Shown here in pieces: positions 35,060 to 43,540 of a stretch of DNA of 64,000 bases (its first letter is position 1; the number at the start of each line of letters is the position of its first letter). The stretch comes from a virus. Under the pieces are notes generated by a model. It saw only the letters and a program-made list of their open reading frames with translations, did not search any database and had not been told where the DNA came from. The translations under genes were made by a program, and so were the position numbers. The stretch is taken from the IMG/VR virus record IMGVR_UViG_3300045988_177331; one strand, given 5' to 3'.

Positions 35060-35261
35060 TTGAATGGAGTACTCCCCATAAAATAAGTGGTATATATGGT
35101 AATCTTACCGAAATAGAAATGATGGTTTCAAGTTTAAATAATTGTTGGGTAAGATATCAAGTAAGTCTAGTAAAAAGTGAAAATGGTAGTGGTATGAGTG
35201 GTTTTGATTTAATCATTATTGGTACTGTATTACTACCTAATCCTAACAAAGAAGTAATGGA
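34819..35261 (+). repeat. perfect 215-bp tandem duplication with a 13-bp junction homology (AAGAAGTAATGGA)
   Basis: 34819-35033 equals 35034-35248 by direct comparison. The 13-mer recurs at 35249-35261. Confidence 0.9.
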
Positions 35262-35271
35262 TATATTATAA
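35047..35271 (+). pseudogene. orphan duplicated 3' segment of the 34352 gene
   Basis: 74-aa ORF whose sequence (GGIVEWSTPHK…PNPNKEVM) repeats the C-terminus of the preceding gene. It ends EVMDIL*, probably the ancestral terminus. Confidence 0.5.
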
Positions 35272-35274
35272 CTT

Positions 35275-35454
35275 ATGAAAAAGTGGATTAAATCACCATA
35301 CTTTTGGTTAATTATCTATTTAATAGCCATGTTTATAGTAGTTGCATTCCTTTGGAAGTATCTTCCAATATGGGAATCATTATTACTTATATTATGGTCA
35401 ACCTGTTCTCTAGTAGCTGGGTATTTAGTTGCTAGGTTTCTATATAAACATTAA
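35275..35454 (+). CDS. small two-helix membrane protein (59 aa, below the ORF-track cutoff)
   Basis: Hand translation: MKKWIKSPYFWLIIYLIAMFIVVAFLWKYLPIWESLLLILWSTCSLVAGYLVARFLYKH. It fills the gap between neighbouring genes. Confidence 0.5.
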   Translation: MKKWIKSPYFWLIIYLIAMFIVVAFLWKYLPIWESLLLILWSTCSLVAGYLVARFLYKH

Positions 35455-35469
35455 AAGTAAAACTCTTCT

Positions 35470-36063
35470 ATGGCTAAAAAAATACCACATTTATCAATAC
35501 CTTCAATTGGTAACCTTCCAATAGAAATAAAGTTATATGGTGATTGGCATAAAGCCATAGAATTAGTTGATAATCTTGGACCCAGTATTAAAAAAGGGTA
35601 TGATACAGCAGTAAATAAATTTTCAAAGGATTTATTAAAGATTGTATTATTTTCCATAGCTACTGGAACTCCACCAAAAGGTACAGGTATAAATTGGGAA
35701 CCCCATAGTCCTATCACTACAAAGAAATATGGGGAACATCCAATTTATTACCTTACTGGTACTTATTATAGGGCAATAGGATTATTCAAATACAAGGATA
35801 GAACACTTGTTGGATTACCAAGGTCAAAAGGAAGGTCATCATCAGGTGGTATAACTCTTGGGGAATTAGCAAGAATTCTTGAATATGGGACCGGTGGAAG
35901 AGGTGGAGGTAAATCATCAGGAACTATACCACCAAGACCATTATGGAATCCTGCAATAAATGCAGTTGGTGGAAAAGATAGACTAAGGTCAATGATTATA
36001 AAAAATATCAGAAAACAATTATATGGTTTTGGTATAAGAGCCAACCAAGTTAGATGGAGGTAA
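35470..36063 (+). CDS. putative neck/tail-completion protein
   Basis: 197 aa. Gly-rich GGRGGGKSSGTIPPRPLW segment reminiscent of HK97 gp10-type proteins. Sits upstream of the sheath gene. Confidence 0.35.
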   Translation: MAKKIPHLSIPSIGNLPIEIKLYGDWHKAIELVDNLGPSIKKGYDTAVNKFSKDLLKIVLFSIATGTPPKGTGINWEPHSPITTKKYGEHPIYYLTGTYYRAIGLFKYKDRTLVGLPRSKGRSSSGGITLGELARILEYGTGGRGGGKSSGTIPPRPLWNPAINAVGGKDRLRSMIIKNIRKQLYGFGIRANQVRWR

Positions 36064-36728
36064 TAAATATGATAAACTCACAAGAAATCATAGAAAGGTC
36101 AATATATCAAGCCTTGCTTAATGCTTCTATAAAACTTGGATATTCACTAGACCCAAATAATTATTTACCCATAAGTATTGAAAACCAAAAGAGGTTTAAA
36201 GAAGACATGGATAAATTAAATAAATATATTTGGGTATTTGGTACTGGGAATAATCAATCCAAGGATAAGAAACTTACTCCAAGGATAGTAGTTAATGCAA
36301 GGGGTTTCTACCCTGGTGGAATTGGTTTACCTAAGTTACTTATACAAAAAGAGGAAGGAATAGGATTTACAGCAACGGAAGAACCATACGAAACCATAGA
36401 CCAATTTATAGATATACATCTAATAGCTAATAATCAAGAAGACCTAAGATTATTACATCAGGTAATGTTTTATAGTATCCCACAAAGGGGTTATTTAAAA
36501 CCTTATAATGTAGATGAATTTTTATTTTCTGGTAATATATTTTTGGAATTGGTAAACTTCTTTGATATTCCTAATTTAGATTTTGGGTTATTAGAGAAAG
36601 TTTACCAATTTGTTATTCAGGATTGTGTAATAAATGAAATTACAGAAAAAGCAGACCTTGTACCTATTACAGATATAACACTTCTATTAGAAAATTATGG
36701 ATATAACCTAATAGAAGTTTCAAAATAA
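36054..36728 (+). CDS. hypothetical tail-module protein
   Basis: 224 aa. Alternative non-overlapping start at ATG 36069. Confidence 0.55.
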   Translation: MEVINMINSQEIIERSIYQALLNASIKLGYSLDPNNYLPISIENQKRFKEDMDKLNKYIWVFGTGNNQSKDKKLTPRIVVNARGFYPGGIGLPKLLIQKEEGIGFTATEEPYETIDQFIDIHLIANNQEDLRLLHQVMFYSIPQRGYLKPYNVDEFLFSGNIFLELVNFFDIPNLDFGLLEKVYQFVIQDCVINEITEKADLVPITDITLLLENYGYNLIEVSK

Positions 36729-36758
36729 ACAAATTATTAATCCCAAAATATAAAAAGT

Positions 36759-38642
36759 ATGCCTAATACACCTAGAGTTGAATTCAACTTTCAAAACAAC
36801 AATGTACAGCAATCTGTACCGTTATTAGGGGTATCCCATGTAATGGCTCGTACTACTAAGGGTCCTTTTAATCAACCAGATGAGGTTTTTTCAACCTATA
36901 CCCAATTCCAAAGGGTGTATGGGGAAGAAATAGTTCCTGATGGTTCTATTTCTAATATTATGAAAGCCTTTGAAATAGGTTCAAAGATTAGGGTATCAAG
37001 AGTAGCTGGTGCAGAAACTACTGTAGCAAAAGGACAAGCTAAAACCTATACCTTCAGTTCTACAACGGGTGAAGGTTCAACAGGTTCACAAACCAAAATA
37101 ACAATCAAATTGGAAGACCCAAATAGTGATGATACTATATCAATGATATTGAATATCAATACTAAAGAAGCGGGTAGCCCAATTCTTGATGATACTGGTT
37201 ATGGGTTAAATAGAAATTTTTATGGTAGATTTTATGCCCAAGAAGGACCTACTACAAAAATTTATTTCCAGCAGTTTAAAGCTTATACAACCATTGATAA
37301 TGACCCAGATGGTGAACATGATTATCAAATGCAAATAGCTGCAGAAGATATTATATCCACTAATCAATTCTTCTCTGGTTCAAAAACTGGTTCTTCAAGT
37401 ATATTTGTAGAATCTCAGGTTTTACAGGATTTTATTAACAATACACCCAATATAGAATTGGTTTTAGCTTCAGATGAATCAACAGCATCATTTGATGATG
37501 AGTTTAATAATAAACTTAAAGCTCAAGGTATTAATGGAGTAGTTTCTACTCTTGCTAGTTATTCTAATTGGCAAGGTTCAGTATTATTTGATAATACAGC
37601 AATAAGTACTGCTTCATCTCCTCTTGTAATTATAAATGAAGGTGATAATGGTGGTAAATCAAGTGCTGCTACTTGGGTTGAAGCTTATGAAGCTTTAAAG
37701 GGTTATTCAGATGGCTACCAATTAATAGCTTCCCATATTCATCAAAATGATATGGTAAAAGCTAAATCCTCCGGACCTGGAGTAGACCCAGACCCTAATG
37801 GTTGGAAATCTGCCTATGTAGAAATTGCAAAAGATGTAGTTGCAAATTTTGAAACTGTATTATATGTAGAGGTTCCCAAATATGATTCAGAAGGAAAAGT
37901 ACAAACTCCTGATGGTATCATAAATCAATTAGAAACTTTAGTACCACAGATTGGGTATGCTAAAAATATTGCATATTTTGCTGGTGGTATTAAATATTAT
38001 GATGCAAATGGGACTTTACAAAACTGTGACCTTCTTGGTTCAGCAATTGGTTTGGGTGATGCTTCTGCTTCTCAATATGGTCCTTGGTATTCATTCTCTG
38101 GTATGAATAGGGGGGTAATTGCTTCTGCATTGGGTCCCGTAACTGAAAATTTGGGTGGACCTAGTAAAATAGAAGAACTCCAAAAATTAGCAGAATGGTA
38201 TTGCAATCTTTTTGTAATAAAAGATACTAGAACCCAAGGAAAAAGAACTATGCTTTGGCATGGGTTTACTTCTAATCCCAAATCAGATTCAGAAAAATTC
38301 CTTTCAATTGTAAGATTGAATCTTTATCTAAAAAAGAATCTAAGACCTATTCTTGAAAGTTATTTGGAAGAACCCAATACTTGGTCTACTTGGCAAAGTA
38401 TCTATTATGAAGCCAAGAAAATTCTTGATGACTTAATTGGTACTGCTATTACCGAATATACCTGGATGGGTGACCAAGATGCTCAATCATATGATGATTT
38501 GGTAGTAAATAATGAAGCTGATGTAAGACAGGGAAAATATCATATTATATTGAAATATAAAGAGATTGTTCCCTTGCAAGAAGTAACCATGGATATTGTA
38601 ATTGATTCTGTATCAAAAGATGTAAACATATCAGCAGAGTAA
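36759..38642 (+). CDS. contractile tail sheath protein
   Basis: 627 aa directly upstream of the tube gene. N-terminal LLGVSHVMARTTKGP…VFSTYTQFQRVYG resembles the sheath N-terminal pattern. Confidence 0.7.
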   Translation: MPNTPRVEFNFQNNNVQQSVPLLGVSHVMARTTKGPFNQPDEVFSTYTQFQRVYGEEIVPDGSISNIMKAFEIGSKIRVSRVAGAETTVAKGQAKTYTFSSTTGEGSTGSQTKITIKLEDPNSDDTISMILNINTKEAGSPILDDTGYGLNRNFYGRFYAQEGPTTKIYFQQFKAYTTIDNDPDGEHDYQMQIAAEDIISTNQFFSGSKTGSSSIFVESQVLQDFINNTPNIELVLASDESTASFDDEFNNKLKAQGINGVVSTLASYSNWQGSVLFDNTAISTASSPLVIINEGDNGGKSSAATWVEAYEALKGYSDGYQLIASHIHQNDMVKAKSSGPGVDPDPNGWKSAYVEIAKDVVANFETVLYVEVPKYDSEGKVQTPDGIINQLETLVPQIGYAKNIAYFAGGIKYYDANGTLQNCDLLGSAIGLGDASASQYGPWYSFSGMNRGVIASALGPVTENLGGPSKIEELQKLAEWYCNLFVIKDTRTQGKRTMLWHGFTSNPKSDSEKFLSIVRLNLYLKKNLRPILESYLEEPNTWSTWQSIYYEAKKILDDLIGTAITEYTWMGDQDAQSYDDLVVNNEADVRQGKYHIILKYKEIVPLQEVTMDIVIDSVSKDVNISAE

Positions 38643-38663
38643 ATTTATTAAAGATATAAGATT

Positions 38664-39128
38664 ATGCCAGCTCAAGTAAAAAATCCAAGAAAGAAATTTT
38701 TATGGTCCATAGAATTTCCTTCACATCCAATAAATGCTTATCTTTTTCAGACTGTAACTTTACCTGAGATTACAATAGAAGAAGTAGAACATGGGGATGT
38801 AAACCGTTCAGTTAAAACTGGTGGTAGAGTTTCAGTAGGTACCATGACTGCTCAGAAACTTGAAACTACTTCTGGTTCTGATACCTGGTTCTGGGATTGG
38901 TTATTCTCAGTTCAGGATATGATTAATGGTGGTGGTTTAACTCCTAGCCAATATTGGCAAACCGTAATTGTAAAAGAATTAGCAGAAGATGGAGTATCAG
39001 TTCTAAATAAATGGGTATTAACTGAAGTATGGCCCACTAGAGTAAATGGGCAAGAATTAGACCGTATGAGTTCTGATAATTCAATTGAAGAAATAGAGTT
39101 CTCAGTAGGTACTTGTGATAAATTATAA
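38664..39128 (+). CDS. tail tube protein
   Basis: 154 aa between the sheath and chaperone/tape-measure genes, followed by a terminator. Confidence 0.6.
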   Translation: MPAQVKNPRKKFLWSIEFPSHPINAYLFQTVTLPEITIEEVEHGDVNRSVKTGGRVSVGTMTAQKLETTSGSDTWFWDWLFSVQDMINGGGLTPSQYWQTVIVKELAEDGVSVLNKWVLTEVWPTRVNGQELDRMSSDNSIEEIEFSVGTCDKL

Positions 39129-39143
39129 TATTGCTTTTATGAA

Positions 39144-39187
39144 AAAGGGAGGGCTCATATATTATTGGGTTCTCCCTTTGTTTTTTT
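39144..39187 (+). terminator. rho-independent terminator
   Basis: AAAGGGAG (39144-39151) / CTCCCTTT (39172-39179) followed by GTTTTTTT. Confidence 0.7.
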
Positions 39188-39211
39188 ATAACCATTTAAA
39201 CTCAACACAAC

Positions 39212-39988
39212 ATGGAAAAAGAAGAATTAACAGGTTACAATGTAACATTTACAGCACCCTCTGGATATGAATATACCATTAGGGAACAAAATGGAGCAGA
39301 TGATGATATTTTATCAAACCCATCAGAAGCTTCGACATTAATAAATATTTCAAGATTTATAGCTGGTATAGTAATTGATACCAACTCTACAACTAATAGA
39401 AAATTAACAGTAGAACAAGCTCATATGATGCCATCATTAGATAGATATGCAATCCTAATAAAATCTAGGATTTTATCTAATGGGGAAGACTTAGAGTTTG
39501 AATATGATTGGGGTCCTGATGGGGGAGGAAAAAGTACTTATTGCCAACCATTGGATGAATACTTATTTGATTATTCAAAGGAAATTGATGATGATACTTT
39601 GGCTAGTAAACCAAATGCTATAAAACCATATCCTTTAAAAGATAAAACTAAAGATATAGCTTTTTCATTATCATCTGGTAAAGAGGTTAAATTTGATTTA
39701 TTAACTGGAGCTAGTGAATCTTATTTAGTTAATTTACCATTAGAACAAAGAACCCAAAATAAAGCTCTAGTAGCAAGGAATTTGTGCCTATTAGTAGATG
39801 GAAAATGGGAAAAAGTATCTTCTTTCCATTTATTCTCAATGAAGGATATGAGAGAGATAAGAACTAATGTAAAAGCTATAGACCCTGAATTCTCAGGGAT
39901 TTGTACTCTAATGAATCCCCATAATGGTATGTCAGCTGATATTAATATCATGGCTATCAAGGATTTTTTCTATCCGGGGGAGATTTAG
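39212..39988 (+). CDS. putative tail assembly chaperone
   Basis: 258 aa in the canonical slot between the tube and tape-measure genes. Confidence 0.5.
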   Translation: MEKEELTGYNVTFTAPSGYEYTIREQNGADDDILSNPSEASTLINISRFIAGIVIDTNSTTNRKLTVEQAHMMPSLDRYAILIKSRILSNGEDLEFEYDWGPDGGGKSTYCQPLDEYLFDYSKEIDDDTLASKPNAIKPYPLKDKTKDIAFSLSSGKEVKFDLLTGASESYLVNLPLEQRTQNKALVARNLCLLVDGKWEKVSSFHLFSMKDMREIRTNVKAIDPEFSGICTLMNPHNGMSADINIMAIKDFFYPGEI

Positions 39989-40122
39989 AGAGAGATTTCT
40001 TTTACCTACATCAAGCAAAAATAAGAATCAGTTTTACTGAATTGTTATATTTACCAATCAGACGTCGATTAAAATTATTAAAATTGGCGTCTGATTATTT
40101 TGGTTCTCTAAATAAAAAATAA
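39979..40122 (+). other. candidate -1 frameshift extension of the chaperone gene
   Basis: After CCG GGG GAG (39974-39982) the -1 frame stays open for 47 codons (GDLERDFFYLHQAKIRISFTELLYLPIRRRLKLLKLASDYFGSLNKK). It stops at 40120-40122, 11 nt before the tape-measure ATG. Confidence 0.4.
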
Positions 40123-40133
40123 CCCCCAATATC

Positions 40134-42191
40134 ATGGCTTATGTCACCAGTGGAAGTCTAAGAGGTAATTCCTTGGAAATAGGTATTGCTCTAGTACTTC
40201 AAGATAGATTCTCCAATCAAGCTAAAGATGCTTCTGCTGCAATTAGAAGACTTCATAATGAAGCTAAGGAAGCAGTAACAGCAAATCTTCAAACTGCAGA
40301 TAGTATTCTTGGTAATGTATATAATGGTTTTTTAAATGTTGCTACTGGAATAACTAATACAGTATTACAAGGTGCTGAATTTATTGATACCATGACCACT
40401 GTATCAGCTATTACTGGTTCTACCAGGGAGCAATTACAAATGCTATCGGAAACTGCTCAATCCTTGGGTCTTGAAACCATGTTTGGTTCCCAAGATATTG
40501 CTTCTGGTATGAAATATCTAGCAATGGCTGGTAATACAGTTGAACAGGTTAATGATATGATTAAGGGTGCAGCTTATGTAGCCAATGCTACTGGTATGGA
40601 ACTTGGTGGTAAAGGTGGAGCTGCAGACTTAATTACCAATGTTATGAAGACCTTTAAAATTGTAGGTGATGGTGCTTCAGAATTAGTTGGAGACCAGTTA
40701 ACCAAAGCAACACTTTCTGCAAATATATCCATGACAGATTTAGCAGAATCCATTAAATATTCTGCAGCTGATATGGTTATGTTAAAGAAGGAACTTCCAG
40801 AAGTAGCTGCAATGATTGGTACCCTTGGTAATGCTGGTATACAAGGTTCAATGGCTGGTACTTCATTAGGTAACATGGCAAGATACCTTATAAAAGCCTT
40901 TAACCCAAAAACTGATGCCTATTCATTCTTACAAAGAATGGGATTATCTCAACAGGATTTTGTGGATGCCCAAGGAGACCTTATAGACTTTGGTGACATC
41001 ATGGAAAAAATAAGCAAAGGGGTTGAAAATTTACCATCAATTGATAGAGGTAAAGCTATTGGTGCTATATTTGGTGTCAGAGGTCAAAGAGCAGCAAATG
41101 CTATTATGAATGACCTAGAAGGATATAGGAATCTATTAGACCAAATCCAGAATAATTCAGCAGGATTTGCAAAAGATATTGTTGATAAAAGAATGAATAC
41201 TCTAGCTGGTTCTATAGATAAGGTATCATCTGCATGGGAGAATTTAAAGGTGGCATTCACAGAACAAATTGCACCAGCGTTAATGCCAATCCTAAATACC
41301 ATATCTCAAATTATAGAAGCAGTAAGAGAATTTGTAACTACCCCAGTTGGGGCTTTTGCTTCCCAGGTATTTGTATTATCTACATTTATTGGATTAGTTG
41401 GAACTAAGGTACTTCAACTAATTACCAAATGGAGGTTATTAAGGAGTGATACCCAGATTGGATTTACTAATATGTTCAGGTTAATCAGAGGTGGTTGGCA
41501 AGGAGCTACCCTTGATTTACAGAATTATATGAGATTACAAGGGTTATTAAATGCTCAAGCTACTTATGGGTTACCGTATTATGCTTCTATGGCTAAACAT
41601 CTTGGGACCCCAGTTGGTGGTGTAGTATATGACCAAAGAACCAAAAGATGGAGGTCTCATGACCAATCAGTTACTGGGTTAGGTAAAGGAACTTTTATGA
41701 AAGAAAGGGATGCTATTAGGTATACAGAAACCCATGGTACTGGTAAACAAGTTGTTAGTGGATTTTTTGGAACTGGTGGTGCTACAACAACTGGTACCCA
41801 ATCTACTTGGGGAAAATTATTAGGTCTTGGTTCAAAGTTATTTGGTGTATTAAGTTTAGTTAGTTTAGGGGCAATGATATTAGTACCATTGGTTAAAATG
41901 GTTGCTAATGCCATAAAGGGAAATACCGAAGAGATAAAAAAGAATACATATTCTGTAAATACTCTAGCTGGTAGATATGCTACAGAACAAGAAAGGTTGG
42001 CATCTGGTAAAAGTTTGGATTTAGCTGGTGAAGTAAGATTGTTGAGAGAATCCATAGAAAAATTCAATAAAAAATCAAGTAATCAAACTTTAACCCTTAG
42101 GTTAGAAGATTTGAATGGTAAGGAAATTACTAGAAAAATTGTGGATTTGAATGATGATTCAAATCAAACAAATGGTATAAAAGTTGGGTAA
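40134..42191 (+). CDS. tail tape measure protein (TP901-type core)
   Basis: 685 aa. TMTTVSAITGSTREQLQMLSETAQSLGLETMFGSQDIASGMKYLAMAGN matches the tape-measure core region. C-terminal TM-like segment. Confidence 0.85.
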   Translation: MAYVTSGSLRGNSLEIGIALVLQDRFSNQAKDASAAIRRLHNEAKEAVTANLQTADSILGNVYNGFLNVATGITNTVLQGAEFIDTMTTVSAITGSTREQLQMLSETAQSLGLETMFGSQDIASGMKYLAMAGNTVEQVNDMIKGAAYVANATGMELGGKGGAADLITNVMKTFKIVGDGASELVGDQLTKATLSANISMTDLAESIKYSAADMVMLKKELPEVAAMIGTLGNAGIQGSMAGTSLGNMARYLIKAFNPKTDAYSFLQRMGLSQQDFVDAQGDLIDFGDIMEKISKGVENLPSIDRGKAIGAIFGVRGQRAANAIMNDLEGYRNLLDQIQNNSAGFAKDIVDKRMNTLAGSIDKVSSAWENLKVAFTEQIAPALMPILNTISQIIEAVREFVTTPVGAFASQVFVLSTFIGLVGTKVLQLITKWRLLRSDTQIGFTNMFRLIRGGWQGATLDLQNYMRLQGLLNAQATYGLPYYASMAKHLGTPVGGVVYDQRTKRWRSHDQSVTGLGKGTFMKERDAIRYTETHGTGKQVVSGFFGTGGATTTGTQSTWGKLLGLGSKLFGVLSLVSLGAMILVPLVKMVANAIKGNTEEIKKNTYSVNTLAGRYATEQERLASGKSLDLAGEVRLLRESIEKFNKKSSNQTLTLRLEDLNGKEITRKIVDLNDDSNQTNGIKVG

Positions 42192-42203
42192 ATTAATTGA
42201 TTT

Positions 42204-43274
42204 ATGGCTAGTTTAGTACACAATATAGTTGATTCAGCAAGAAATAAATTATCTGCCAAAATAGATAATGCTATTGCTGGTATTACAAATAATGGTTTAG
42301 GCCCAATAGATAACAAAGCTCTTAGAGCTACGTTACTTATTAACAGGGCAAACCCTAAGCTCCCAAAGATAAATTTTCTAGAATATGAATTTGGTGGAGT
42401 AATAAGAGATATAAAAGAAACCTTTGGTATAGGTTTACAAACAGCTAGACAAACTTCATCTACTAGTACAAATGGAGGAACTGTTTTTAGAAGATTAACC
42501 ACTCCAAATAAAAATTCACTAGTAAACACCTCATTCAAATCAGATAATGCTGGTTCAAATCCTGGTATTTTGGTTTTATCATTAAATCAAGGTATAAGGA
42601 AGCTTCAAAGAGAAACTCTAATACCTAAAAACAATATTATTATTGTAAATGATAATGTAAGTCCTGCTATATCCATTGTTATCCAAAATAGACCTAATGA
42701 AATATCAGTAGATACCCAAACAAGCTGGGTATCAGTAAAATCCATGGGTAGGAATAACCCTTTCATGGTTTACACTGGTGGTGAAGATACAATATCATTT
42801 GATATATCATGGTATTCTAATGACCCTATGAATAGAGAAGATGTTTTAACCAAATGCAAATTATTGGAATCATGGTCCAAAGCAAATGGGTATAACCAAT
42901 CCCCACCAGTTCTTAGAATTTCATGGGGTACTTCTGGTATATTTGATAATGATTTATTTATTCTTTACTCTGCGAGCTACAAATTGAATAATTTTCAAGA
43001 TAGGTATAGTGGTAATTCAATTGATACTGATGAGTTTTCAAGAAGTGTATCCAAAACAATAAACCTTGGTTTATTGCCAAGCATAGCAACTCAATCATTA
43101 GTATTTAAAAGAGTGACTAATAAGAATATTACTCATAATGATATTTGTTCACCAGAAAAATTACAAAAATTAAGACCATCAGAAGTAGGAGGGGTTCAAA
43201 CAACTATTTCTACTTCCCCTACTTTTATTAATATACCAAAAACAACTATTCCAACAGAGTTAAAACCATTTTAG
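42204..43274 (+). CDS. hypothetical tail/baseplate protein
   Basis: 356 aa between the tape-measure and LysM genes. Confidence 0.5.
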   Translation: MASLVHNIVDSARNKLSAKIDNAIAGITNNGLGPIDNKALRATLLINRANPKLPKINFLEYEFGGVIRDIKETFGIGLQTARQTSSTSTNGGTVFRRLTTPNKNSLVNTSFKSDNAGSNPGILVLSLNQGIRKLQRETLIPKNNIIIVNDNVSPAISIVIQNRPNEISVDTQTSWVSVKSMGRNNPFMVYTGGEDTISFDISWYSNDPMNREDVLTKCKLLESWSKANGYNQSPPVLRISWGTSGIFDNDLFILYSASYKLNNFQDRYSGNSIDTDEFSRSVSKTINLGLLPSIATQSLVFKRVTNKNITHNDICSPEKLQKLRPSEVGGVQTTISTSPTFINIPKTTIPTELKPF

Positions 43275-43276
43275 TT

Positions 43277-43534
43277 ATGGCAGATTTTAATCCATATTCT
43301 GATTCAGTAGCCATATTATTTGATAATGGTGATATTATATTAGAAAGGAACTCAAATAAAAGAGTAAAAAATACTGTAGTACATACAGTAAAAGAAGGAG
43401 AAACTATACAAAGTATAGCTTTTCAATATTATGGTGATTCTGGTTATTGGGTTTATATAGCTGATATTAACAGTATATTTAACCCATTTACTGAATTAGA
43501 GGAAGGTATGGAAATTTATATACCATCAATTTAA
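43277..43534 (+). CDS. LysM-domain tail protein (P2 gpX / PBSX XkdP-like)
   Basis: HTVKEGETIQSIAFQYYGDSGYWVYIADINSI…LEEGMEIYIP fits the LysM pattern. Position matches XkdP. Confidence 0.75.
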   Translation: MADFNPYSDSVAILFDNGDIILERNSNKRVKNTVVHTVKEGETIQSIAFQYYGDSGYWVYIADINSIFNPFTELEEGMEIYIPSI

Positions 43535-43540
43535 ATTATC

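Noticed and set aside
34819-35261. Diversity-generating retroelement (template/variable repeat pair) as an explanation for the repeats in tail genes
   Set aside because: The copies are identical, with no adenine-specific differences, and are directly tandem. No reverse transcriptase gene is present in the window.
40574-42538. Several minus-strand ORFs (40574..40876, 41084..41302, 41657..42067, 42164..42538) within the tape-measure region
   Set aside because: All are antisense to the strongly supported tape-measure and downstream tail genes, and have low-complexity Ala/Pro/Ser-rich translations.
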